Assembly: GCA_963754045.1 (NCBI GenBank)
Contig: CAVWEN010000002.1
Coordinates: 1,269,475 to 1,333,474 of the forward strand
Length of the DNA stretch: 64,000 bases
Origin: an uncultured bacterium
GTDB taxonomy: Bacteria > Actinomycetota > Thermoleophilia > Solirubrobacterales > 70-9
Direction: 5' to 3'
The notes beneath the pieces were generated by a model. The model made no database searches and was not told where the DNA came from. It saw only the letters and a list, made by a program, of their open reading frames with translations. Below are positions 26,868-37,627 of the stretch, piece by piece. Every line of letters starts with the position of its first letter. Positions within the stretch are counted from its first letter, which is position 1. The position numbers and the translations under genes are program-made.

Positions 26868-27367
26868 AGCGCCGCGGCTGCGCCCGCGGGCAGGTGCCGT
26901 CGTACCCGCCACGTGGCGCCGGAGAACGCCAGATTCGCAACGGTGGCAAACCCGAGCTCGTCCTCACGCAGCGCAAGCAGCAGGTGGGCCACCCGGTCGG
27001 CCGCCGGCAGGTCTCCGGTCTCACCAACCCGCACGCACCAGGAATAGACCCGCCGCCTACTAGGGCGAACCAGCATCGCCCCCTGCTCGCCGACCAGCCA
27101 CTCGCCCAGCGAGCCCTGCCAGCGCGCGAGTCCGCTTGTTCGAAGCAGGTCACGCTCGGAGTGGCCGACGAGGTCGCCGAGTAGCCCCAGCGCCACGCGT
27201 TCCGGCTCCGCCTTCGCACCTGGAACTCCGGCCGCGCTGCGCTCGCTGCCGATCGGCACGACCGACCGGGCGCCGCGGCGGGCCTGAAGCATCGGCACGG
27301 CCCAAGCGTGGGCGAGGCAGAGCAACGTGACCGGCGCCGTGAATGGCTCGATCCAGAGCAGCGCCAA
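26864..27367 (-). CDS. hypothetical protein; coordinates use the first canonical start (TTG), but two predicted TM helices are encoded in frame upstream (possible CTG start at 27511)
   Basis: Coding-like GC3. The frame is open up to 27586 with no ATG/GTG/TTG before 27367. The upstream in-frame sequence reads RRWTLWTTWVVAVFAAPGLALLWIEPFTAPVTLLCLAHAWAV. Confidence 0.55.
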   Translation of the reverse strand: MALLWIEPFTAPVTLLCLAHAWAVPMLQARRGARSVVPIGSERSAAGVPGAKAEPERVALGLLGDLVGHSERDLLRTSGLARWQGSLGEWLVGEQGAMLVRPSRRRVYSWCVRVGETGDLPAADRVAHLLLALREDELGFATVANLAFSGATWRVRRHLPAGAAAAL

Positions 27368-27507
27368 GCCGGGCGCCGCGAAGACCGCGACGACCCAAGT
27401 TGTCCACAGCGTCCAACGCCGTCCGTCGCGGCGAATCGTCCGCTCGCTGGCGGGCTCTCGGTGCCAGCCGAGAGCAGCCGCTTCCGGCAGGGTGCCGGCT
27501 GCTGAGC

Positions 27508-27732
27508 TCAGCCGCCGACGATGGGTCGGCGCAGGACGACCAGCTCGGCGTCGAGCGGAAGCTCGCGAACGACCTCGCTCGCGCCCTCAACCGTCGAGAC
27601 CGAGGCGAACATCCCGCGCTCAAGCTCACGGTTGAAGTTTGCGACAGCCTCGCGCTCCGCGGCGGTATCGCCAGCAGCCCACTCGGCGAGCGTCGTGTGG
27701 CCGGTGCGATCGAGCCTGATCAGACGTCCCAT
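27508..27732 (-). CDS. small (74 aa) protein ending in Gly-Gly; possible ubiquitin/MoaD/ThiS-like beta-grasp protein
   Basis: ATG start, coding-like third-position GC. The C-terminus LPLDAELVVLRRPIVGG-stop resembles MoaD/ThiS tails (D.V...PPV.GG). Confidence 0.5.
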   Translation of the reverse strand: MGRLIRLDRTGHTTLAEWAAGDTAAEREAVANFNRELERGMFASVSTVEGASEVVRELPLDAELVVLRRPIVGG

Positions 27733-27766
27733 CGTGCCCGCATCATACGCCTACACTGGCGCCGCC

Positions 27767-30223
<2,457 letters not shown>

Positions 30224-30290
30224 GCACGCGAACCGCAGCGATTGACCGCGTCAGCGCAACCTGACCGGGAATCTCTGCTACAAACGGTTC

Positions 30291-30695
30291 GTGCTCGTCC
30301 GACGCTTCGCCGAAGCGACCACGCTGCCCGTCCACCAGCTCTCAGCGCACGTCCTCATGGACGCGGGCGAGCTCGGATCCCGAAATCTCTCGGTCAATTG
30401 GATCGAGGTCCCCGTCGGTGCATCGGAGGAGTTGCGATCGCACGAGGAAGCCGAGCAGGCGTACATCGTCGTGAAGGGCACCGGCACCTTGTCGGCCACC
30501 GGTGACACTCAGGAGCTCGCGGAAGGCGACCTCGTACTGATTCCTCCCGCCACGGACCACGCCGTCGCGAACGGCGGCGACGAGCCACTCGCCCTCGTGT
30601 CGGTGCAGTCGCCCGGCGTTTCAGCAGACGAGCTGTACTCGATTCGCCTCGCAGCGCAGGCCGCCGGCTACAACGGCGACCTCGACGACGAGTAG
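30291..30695 (+). CDS. cupin domain protein
   Basis: Cupin-like core (HEEAEQAYIVVKGTGTL...GDLVLIPPATDHAV). Confidence 0.7.
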   Translation: MLVRRFAEATTLPVHQLSAHVLMDAGELGSRNLSVNWIEVPVGASEELRSHEEAEQAYIVVKGTGTLSATGDTQELAEGDLVLIPPATDHAVANGGDEPLALVSVQSPGVSADELYSIRLAAQAAGYNGDLDDE

Positions 30696-30704
30696 CAGCG
30701 AGCA

Positions 30705-30989
30705 GTGTCATATGCGAGCCCGGTCAAGCGGGTGCGAGTGACCATCCACGGCCGCGTGCAGGGAGTCTTTTTCCGCGACACGCTTCGCAGTCGGGCCCGG
30801 GCGCGGGGTGTCGTCGGCTGGGTGACGAACCGGGCCAACGGAACGGTCGAGGCCGCGCTCGAGGGGCGTGAGGCCGACGTGGAAGCGTTGCTCGGCTTCT
30901 GCCGTCAGGGCCCGGCGCGCGCGGAGGTCGAACGGGTCGAGGTGCGCTCCGAGCCGCCCGAGGAGTTGAAGGACTTCAAGATCGAATAG
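30705..30989 (+). CDS. acyP: acylphosphatase
   Basis: 94 aa. Signature VTIHGRVQGVFFRD...GWVTNRANGTVEA. Confidence 0.9.
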   Translation: MSYASPVKRVRVTIHGRVQGVFFRDTLRSRARARGVVGWVTNRANGTVEAALEGREADVEALLGFCRQGPARAEVERVEVRSEPPEELKDFKIE

Positions 30990-31031
30990 GCGCTCCTTGG
31001 ATCCGTACTCGGTCGCCCCCGTCCCACATCC

Positions 31032-31664
31032 GTGACGAGGGGCGGCGCAGGCTACAAGTGGATGCCCGAACTCAGCCGCTCCCAGATCTTCGTCTACGCT
31101 GCGCTCGCGGTTGTCGCGTTGTTGCTGGGCTCGCGCTGGATTCGCGGCCAGGACGCGGGTGCATCGCCGGGACCTGTTTCGTTTGACTCAGGCGGCGGCG
31201 AGCCCGCCGGCGAGTCGGGTTCGCTTGCAGTCACCGCGGGCGCGGTTGTGGTCCACGTTGCGGGCGAGGTGCACAGGCCCGGCGTCTATCGGATGCCCGA
31301 CGGCTCGCGCGTGACCGACGCGCTCGAACGCGCCGGCGGGGTTACGAACGCGGCCGTCGCCGACGCCATCAACCTCGCGGCGCCGCTGGCCGACGGACAG
31401 CAGGTGACGATTCCGGCCCGTGTCCCGAAGCTCGGCGAAGGGGGAGCCGTCGTCCCAGCGGCGGCCGGCGACGACCCGATCAACCTCGGCACTGCCACGG
31501 TCGAACAGCTCGACTCGATCGAGGGGATCGGGCCTGTGACCGCGGCGAACATCCTGGCTTTCCGCGACGAGCGCGGCGGCGTGTCCTCGATCGACGACCT
31601 CGACGAGATCAGCGGCATCGGCCCGGCGACGATGGAGGCGCTGCGCGCACGTCTGCAGCCTTGA
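31032..31664 (+). CDS. comEA: ComEA family DNA-binding protein (TM anchor, SLBB-like region, helix-hairpin-helix)
   Basis: C-terminal INLGTATVEQLDSIEGIGPVTAANILAFR...LDEISGIGPATMEAL HhH repeats. Confidence 0.88.
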   Translation: MTRGGAGYKWMPELSRSQIFVYAALAVVALLLGSRWIRGQDAGASPGPVSFDSGGGEPAGESGSLAVTAGAVVVHVAGEVHRPGVYRMPDGSRVTDALERAGGVTNAAVADAINLAAPLADGQQVTIPARVPKLGEGGAVVPAAAGDDPINLGTATVEQLDSIEGIGPVTAANILAFRDERGGVSSIDDLDEISGIGPATMEALRARLQP

Positions 31665-33961
31665 ACGGTCGGCCATGTTCTCCTCACGCCGCCCGGCTCG
31701 GCTTCGCCTGGCGCCACGCTGCGCTGGCGGGGCTGGCCGGAGGAATGGCGCTGGCGCCCACCTACCCGTCGACGCTCCCCGCCTGGTGGCTCGTAGTGCT
31801 GGCGGTTGCGTGCGCGCTCGTCCGCCCGGTGGGAACGAGGGGAGGGCTTGCCTGGTTGACCATCACCGGGGCGATCGGCGCACTCGCGGGCGCTGCGATT
31901 GGAACGGCCCGGTTGGAGGCGATCGACGGGCACTCTCTACGCGGCACCGCCGGCACCTGGGTCCAGGCCCGCGGGGTGGTCACCTCGCCACCGAGGATCG
32001 CCGCCGATGCCGAGCGATTCGTATTGCATACCCGTGAGGGCAAGGTCTTGGTCGAGACCGAGCCGGACTCCGGTACCCGGCTCGGCGGCGAGGCGACCGT
32101 CGCCGGCCCGCTGCAGGCACCCGCCGACTGGCAGCGGCCGCAGGTGGAGCGCTTCGGAGCGGCAATGGTGCTGCACGCCGAGCGCGTTGAGCCCGGCCCT
32201 GGCGGGCGAGGTGGCATCGCCGGGGCGCTGGATGAGGTGCGCTCACGCGCCGAGGAGGCACTCGCAAGCGGCACAGGAGCTGCATCGTCGGCGCTCCTGC
32301 GCGGGTTCGTCCTCGGCCAGGACGATCGGATTACCGAGCCGGTGCGCGAGGACTTTCGCCGCAGTGGGCTCGCCCACGTACTGGCCGTGAGCGGCCAGAA
32401 CGTGATGCTCCTGGCGCTGCTTGCCGCTCCGCTGCTGGCGCTCGCGGGCGTGCGCCTGCGAGCGCGCCTGCTCTTGACGATCGCCCTGATCGCCCTCTAC
32501 GTCCCGGTCGCCGGAGCCGGGCCCTCAATCCAGCGGGCGGGTGTGATGGGAGCCGCCGGCCTCATGGCGGCACTGGCCGGCCGCCCAAGCACCCGCTGGT
32601 ATGCGCTACTACTCGCGGCGATCGTGACGCTCACGGTTGATCCTCGCGCAACGGCAGACGTGGGGTGGCAACTGTCGTTCGCCGCGGTGGTGGGTCTCCT
32701 CGTGCTTACCCGGCCGCTCGTCGAACGGCTCGGCGGTGAGCGGGGGGGACCCGCTCGGATTGCATTGCGAGAGGGCCTCGCGATGACGATCGCGGCGACG
32801 ATCACCACGGCGCCGCTGGCGGCTCACCACTTCGGAACGCTCTCGCTGACCGCCATCCCGGCGAACCTCCTGGCGCTCCCCGCCATCGCGCCCGCGATGT
32901 GGCTGGGGATGCTGTCCGCCGGACTCGGGCAGCTTCCATGGGCGCCGGTCGAGGCATTTACGTTCCTCGGCGGGCTCTGCGCCGGCTACGTCGGCTGGGT
33001 TGCACACCTGTTCGGCGGTGCCGGTGCGCAACTCGAACTGGATCCGCCGACGGCGCCCACGACGGCTGCGCTCATCGTCGCCGGACTTCTGATCGTGTTG
33101 CTCGCCTGCTCCACGCTGGCACGGCGAGGGAAGATGCGCATCGGGCCGCGCGAGCGTGCGGCTGCCGTTATCGCGGTCTTGGCGGTCGTCGCCATACAGG
33201 CAATCGACTGGGGTGGCAGTGCGGACAACCGCGTAGCGCGGCCCGATCTGCTGATCCGCGTGCTGGACGTGGGACAGGGCGACGCGATCCTGCTCGAACC
33301 GCGAGGAGCGCTGCCCCTGTTGGTCGACACCGGTGCTCCCGGCAGCGGCGCTGCAGAACGGTTGCGTGACCTCGGGATCGACGCGCTCGGGGCGGTCTTG
33401 ATCACCCATGATCAGCGCGATCACTCAGGCGCCCTCGCCGACGTGCTCCAGGTCGCGCCCGCGGAGCGGGTGATCACGGCGGAAAACAGCACGGTGGCTG
33501 CGTGCAGCAGTCGAACGGCCTGCCCGCTGATCGAACATGTCGGTGTCGGGTCGGTAATCCGACACGGCTCGCTTCGCCTCGACGTGCTCTGGCCACCGAC
33601 AAGCCGGGAGACCGCCGGCGTGGACCCCAACGCCCGCTCGCTCGTGCTGCGGGCACGCTCTGGGCGCTTCGACGCGCTGCTCACCGGCGACGGCGAGGCA
33701 GAGGTCGCCCACGCGCGGACGGGCCCTGTTGAGGTGCTGAAGGTTGCCCACCACGGAAGTGAGGATGCTGGTCTGCCCCGCCTCCTGTCCCTGACTCGCC
33801 CGGCGGTCGCGGCGATCTCGGTCGGAGCAGGCAATTCCTTCGGGCACCCGGCACAGCCCACGCTCGATACGCTGGCCGCCGCCGGCGTCGCGGTCATGCG
33901 CACCGACGAGCACGGCGAGATAGTCCTAGCGGTCGACGGGGGTCGCTGGAGCGTCGAGTAG
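31661..33961 (+). CDS. comEC: DNA internalization-related competence protein ComEC/Rec2 (with C-terminal MBL domain)
   Basis: Polytopic competence domain (GLAHVLAVSGQNV) plus VLDVGQGDAILLE...ITHDQRDHSG. TTGA overlap with comEA. Confidence 0.9.
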   Translation: MNGRPCSPHAARLGFAWRHAALAGLAGGMALAPTYPSTLPAWWLVVLAVACALVRPVGTRGGLAWLTITGAIGALAGAAIGTARLEAIDGHSLRGTAGTWVQARGVVTSPPRIAADAERFVLHTREGKVLVETEPDSGTRLGGEATVAGPLQAPADWQRPQVERFGAAMVLHAERVEPGPGGRGGIAGALDEVRSRAEEALASGTGAASSALLRGFVLGQDDRITEPVREDFRRSGLAHVLAVSGQNVMLLALLAAPLLALAGVRLRARLLLTIALIALYVPVAGAGPSIQRAGVMGAAGLMAALAGRPSTRWYALLLAAIVTLTVDPRATADVGWQLSFAAVVGLLVLTRPLVERLGGERGGPARIALREGLAMTIAATITTAPLAAHHFGTLSLTAIPANLLALPAIAPAMWLGMLSAGLGQLPWAPVEAFTFLGGLCAGYVGWVAHLFGGAGAQLELDPPTAPTTAALIVAGLLIVLLACSTLARRGKMRIGPRERAAAVIAVLAVVAIQAIDWGGSADNRVARPDLLIRVLDVGQGDAILLEPRGALPLLVDTGAPGSGAAERLRDLGIDALGAVLITHDQRDHSGALADVLQVAPAERVITAENSTVAACSSRTACPLIEHVGVGSVIRHGSLRLDVLWPPTSRETAGVDPNARSLVLRARSGRFDALLTGDGEAEVAHARTGPVEVLKVAHHGSEDAGLPRLLSLTRPAVAAISVGAGNSFGHPAQPTLDTLAAAGVAVMRTDEHGEIVLAVDGGRWSVE

Positions 33962-33994
33962 GGTGGCGCCGTCACGTCCCCCGCCAGCAAAGGA

Positions 33995-34447
33995 TTGCGA
34001 ATGCCCGACGACGCCCCCGATCAGCCTTCTCAGCCGCAACCGCCCGCAGCCCCGGCTGACCCGCCCGCGCCCACCGCGCCCGCGCAAGCGACGTCCGAAA
34101 AGGCGGGCGGCGGAATGCGCACCCTCGGCGTCGTTCTCGTTCTGGTGCTCGCCTTCGCCGCGGCTGTGATGTTCGTCGTCGGCGCCGACATCAGCGACAC
34201 CCGCACATGTGACGAGGCCCGCGAGAATCCCTCCGCGACCCTTTTCCTCGAGGAGTGCTTCGACGGCTCGTCCGCCCAGAAGTCGATCTCGGTGCCGCTG
34301 GCGTTCGCGAGCGGGGCCGTCGGCGCCCTTGCGGCGCTGCTGGCGCTGGCATTCGTCGTCACCGGCAGGCGCGGCCAACTCGCCCTTCGGGTTGCGGCGG
34401 CGGCCATCGCCCTGGGTGCGCTCTCGATCGGCATCGGCAGCATCTAG
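33995..34447 (+). CDS. hypothetical membrane protein with a Pro-rich N-terminus
   Basis: AAGGA Shine-Dalgarno. Three hydrophobic helices. No recognisable family. Confidence 0.55.
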   Translation: MRMPDDAPDQPSQPQPPAAPADPPAPTAPAQATSEKAGGGMRTLGVVLVLVLAFAAAVMFVVGADISDTRTCDEARENPSATLFLEECFDGSSAQKSISVPLAFASGAVGALAALLALAFVVTGRRGQLALRVAAAAIALGALSIGIGSI

Positions 34448-34477
34448 CGCCGACTCGCGCTCTAGGCTCGGAGGGCA

Positions 34478-35476
34478 ATGACTGCGCCTGCCGAGCTAGC
34501 CCCCGCGTACCTGCTGGCGGGCGACGATCAGGCCAAGATCGACGCCGCGCTGACGCGCCTGCGCGCACGCGCGGAACGCGAGGGCGGCCCGGGCGCCCTG
34601 GAGTCGTTCTCGGATGACGGCGCACCGGACGCGGGGGCGCTGCTGGCTTCGATTCCTGCCATGTCGCTGACCGCGACCCGGCGCTACCTGCTGGCCGACG
34701 GCGTCGAGCGCTGGAGCGCGGCACAGGTGAAGCCGGTCGTCGCGGCGCTCGGCGCGCTACCCCCGGAAGTCACGGTCGTCTTCGTCGCCCGTACCCAGCC
34801 GCCGAAGGTCAAGGCACCCAAGGGCTTGAGCGAGGCGGTCGAGGGCGCTGGCGGCGAGGTCCGGTCCTACGAGGCCCCGCGTGCCCGTGACCTGCCGGCT
34901 CACCTGGTGCGCGACGCGCAACGGCGTGGATTTCGCCTCGAGCTTGAGGCCGCCCGGATGCTGGTTGACCGGATGGGGGAATCGACCACCCGGCTTGCGA
35001 CCGAGCTCGACCGGCTGGCGACGTGGGCGGGCCAGGGCGGACTGGTCGAGGCGGACGATCTCGCGGCAATGGTCGCCGACACGTCGGAGGAGGTCGTGTG
35101 GGCACTATCCGACGCGCTGGTGGACCGCAATCGCAACGGAGCCCTGGCGACGGCCGCGCGCCTGCTCGACCAGGGTGAGGCCGTCACGCCGCTCGTCTAC
35201 CAGGCGGCGAAGCGGCTGCGCGAGGCCCGCCTGGCTCTGGCCGGTCTCGACTCGGGGCGCAGCGAGCGCGAGCTCGAGGCTTCCCTGCCCATGCATCCGT
35301 ACGCGGCGAAGATGCTGCTGAGGCGGGTGAAGGGTGCCGATTCCACCGAGTTGCGCCGCGCCACCTGTGCGGTGGCCGACCTGGAGTGGTGGACTCGTGG
35401 CGGATCGGACTATCCCGAGGACGTGGCACTCGCGTTCGCGGTCGCGAAGGCAACCGGCTCGCCGGTTGCGAGATAG
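34478..35476 (+). CDS. holA: DNA polymerase III subunit delta
   Basis: Length, N-terminal YLLAGDD motif, and conserved comEC-holA/rpsT synteny. Confidence 0.85.
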   Translation: MTAPAELAPAYLLAGDDQAKIDAALTRLRARAEREGGPGALESFSDDGAPDAGALLASIPAMSLTATRRYLLADGVERWSAAQVKPVVAALGALPPEVTVVFVARTQPPKVKAPKGLSEAVEGAGGEVRSYEAPRARDLPAHLVRDAQRRGFRLELEAARMLVDRMGESTTRLATELDRLATWAGQGGLVEADDLAAMVADTSEEVVWALSDALVDRNRNGALATAARLLDQGEAVTPLVYQAAKRLREARLALAGLDSGRSERELEASLPMHPYAAKMLLRRVKGADSTELRRATCAVADLEWWTRGGSDYPEDVALAFAVAKATGSPVAR

Positions 35477-35509
35477 GCCGCCGTGCCGGGGGTAGGCGCG
35501 CCAGACGAA

Positions 35510-35773
35510 CTACGAGGCGCTTGCGCGCAGGCGCGCGGCCCGGGACTTCTTGCGAGCTCCGGAGTTCCGGTGCAGGGCGCCCTTCTGGACGGCCTTGTCG
35601 ATCTTGGAGATCAGCGCCTTGTGCTCGGTGTCCGCGCTAGCTGCGTCGCCCGACGAAACGGCGCTCTCGAGGCGCTTAAAGTGCGTCTTGACAGCTCCGG
35701 TGAAGTGCCGGTTCTCGACGCGCTCACGCTCGGTGCGGGCGTTGCGCTTGCGTTGTGAGGCAATGTTGGCCAT
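35510..35773 (-). CDS. rpsT: 30S ribosomal protein S20
   Basis: MANIASQRKRNARTERERVENRH... is a canonical S20 sequence. Confidence 0.96.
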   Translation of the reverse strand: MANIASQRKRNARTERERVENRHFTGAVKTHFKRLESAVSSGDAASADTEHKALISKIDKAVQKGALHRNSGARKKSRAARLRASAS

Positions 35774-35800
35774 CTGAGCGGGCGCGGATGATAGCGGCGC

Positions 35801-37420
35801 ATGGCTGAGTCCATGAGCGAGGAGAAAGGGTCCGCGGGCCGATTGGCGCGATCGACCGCGCTGTTCTCGCTTGCCACGGCGGCCTCCCGGGTTGCCGGTT
35901 TGGTGCGCGAAATCGTCGCCGCGTCCTACTTTGGCGTGAAGGGACCGATGTCGGCGTTCACGATCGCGTTTCAGGCGCCGAACCTGATGCGCTCACTGTT
36001 CGCGGACGCCGCGCTGCAGGCCGCGTTCGTTCCGGTATTCACCGAACTGCTGGAAAAGGGCGAGCGCAAGGAGGCATTCCGGCTCGCCTCCTCGATGATC
36101 TTCCTCGTTTCCCTGGTTCTCGGAGCGATCACGGCGCTTTTCATCCTCGTCGCCCCGGCCGTCGTGCCGCTGATTGCGCCTGGATTCGAGGGTGAGCTAC
36201 TCGACCTGACCGTCGCCTTGTCCCGGATCCTGTTTCCGATTCTGGTCCTACTCGGGCTGACCGGGATGGTGGTCGGTGTTCTCAACTCCTACGACCGCTT
36301 CGGCGTCTTCGCGATCTCGCCGTTTTTCTGGAACGTCGCGATCATCGCGGTTCTCGTCGGTCTCGCCCCTGCGTTTCCGGAGGGCGACGAGATCTACGCC
36401 TACGCGATCGGCGTGCTCGTCGGGACCGTGGTGCAGCTCGCACTGCCCGTTTGGGACCTTCGCAACACCCCGTATGGGGCGCGGCGAGCCCTCACCGCGC
36501 CGCTGCGGGCCGCGAGCCTCAGCCGCATGCGGGACCCGCAGGTGCGCCGCGTCCTGTTGCTGATGCTCCCGGTCACCGTGAGCCTCGGGCTCATCAACTT
36601 CAACCTCGTGATCAACTCACTGTTCGGAACCCTCGTCTCCGAGCAGGCTCCCGCAGCGATCGACAAGGCGTTTCGGATCTACATGCTGCCGCAGGGGATC
36701 TTCTCGGTGGCGATCGCGACGGTCCTGTTCCCGACGCTGGCGCGGTTCGCGGCGCGCACCGACTTCGACGGGCTGCGGCGGACGATGGCCAACGGCATGC
36801 GCCAGATCATGCTCCTGCTGATTCCCGCGATGGCGGCGATCCTCGTCCTCAGCGAGCCGATGACCCGCCTGATCTACGAACGCGGCGAGTTCGACGCGGC
36901 CCAGACGGAGATCGTCTCCGAGGCACTTTTCTGGTTCGCGTTCTCCCTCCCGTTCAACGGCCTGTTTCTGTTGCTGACTCGCACCTTTTTCAGCCTCCAG
37001 CGCCCATGGCTGCCGACCACGATCTCGCTCGGAAACCTCGCGATCACCGCGGTCGCCGCGCTGTTGCTCTACGAGCCGTACGGGGTGGGCGGGATCGTCG
37101 CTGCGACCGCGATCGCGACGATCTTCAGCGTCATCGCCGAGGCCTGGGTGCTGCGCGGCGAGCTCGGGCGCCTGGAACTGGGGCGCCTGTTCTGGAGCGG
37201 CTCCCGCGTGATCGCCGCCTCCGTTGCGCTCGCTGGCGCGAGCTATTTCGTGTGGGACTTACTAGACGAGGCGCTTGGACGTGGGGCGGGAAGCCAGATC
37301 CTCTCGCTCGGCATTGCCCTGACGGCGGGAGCGCTCGTCTATCTCGCGGCCGTGATCGCCCTGCGTGTGCCGGAGGCAAACCAGGCCCTGCGCGTGCTGC
37401 GACGGCGTCGCTCGGACTGA
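35801..37420 (+). CDS. murJ: lipid II flippase MurJ/MviN
   Basis: About 14-TM protein with the SRVAGLVREIVAASYFG N-terminal signature. Confidence 0.9.
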   Translation: MAESMSEEKGSAGRLARSTALFSLATAASRVAGLVREIVAASYFGVKGPMSAFTIAFQAPNLMRSLFADAALQAAFVPVFTELLEKGERKEAFRLASSMIFLVSLVLGAITALFILVAPAVVPLIAPGFEGELLDLTVALSRILFPILVLLGLTGMVVGVLNSYDRFGVFAISPFFWNVAIIAVLVGLAPAFPEGDEIYAYAIGVLVGTVVQLALPVWDLRNTPYGARRALTAPLRAASLSRMRDPQVRRVLLLMLPVTVSLGLINFNLVINSLFGTLVSEQAPAAIDKAFRIYMLPQGIFSVAIATVLFPTLARFAARTDFDGLRRTMANGMRQIMLLLIPAMAAILVLSEPMTRLIYERGEFDAAQTEIVSEALFWFAFSLPFNGLFLLLTRTFFSLQRPWLPTTISLGNLAITAVAALLLYEPYGVGGIVAATAIATIFSVIAEAWVLRGELGRLELGRLFWSGSRVIAASVALAGASYFVWDLLDEALGRGAGSQILSLGIALTAGALVYLAAVIALRVPEANQALRVLRRRRSD

Positions 37421-37461
37421 GCCTAGGAAGCGGTGGGCGGTGCCGTGCAGGCGGCCGACTC

Positions 37462-37477
37462 TGTGACAGGCGTCACA
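37462..37477. promoter_or_regulatory. perfect CRP/FNR-family palindrome TGTGA-N6-TCACA
   Basis: TGTGACAGGCGTCACA read directly in the murJ to M23 peptidase intergenic region. Two further GTCAC copies follow at 37483 and 37496. Confidence 0.45.
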
Positions 37478-37627
37478 CATCCGTCACCTGAGCCGGTCAC
37501 GGTGTAGATCCAACCAGCGCCGCCCGCATTTGCCGAAAGGCCCGCGGGCGGACCCCGGCGCCGCAACCGGCGCCTGGCGCGCACCGCGCGCTTGCAACCA
37601 CCCCCGAGAGAGGTGACCCGTATCCCG

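Noticed and set aside
37421-37627. Possible c-di-AMP (ydaO-type) riboswitch upstream of the M23 cell-wall hydrolase. Such riboswitches precede wall hydrolase genes in some Actinobacteria.
   Set aside because: I could not recognise the conserved pseudo-symmetric core of that RNA by eye. Only a covariance-model search (Rfam/Infernal) could settle it.
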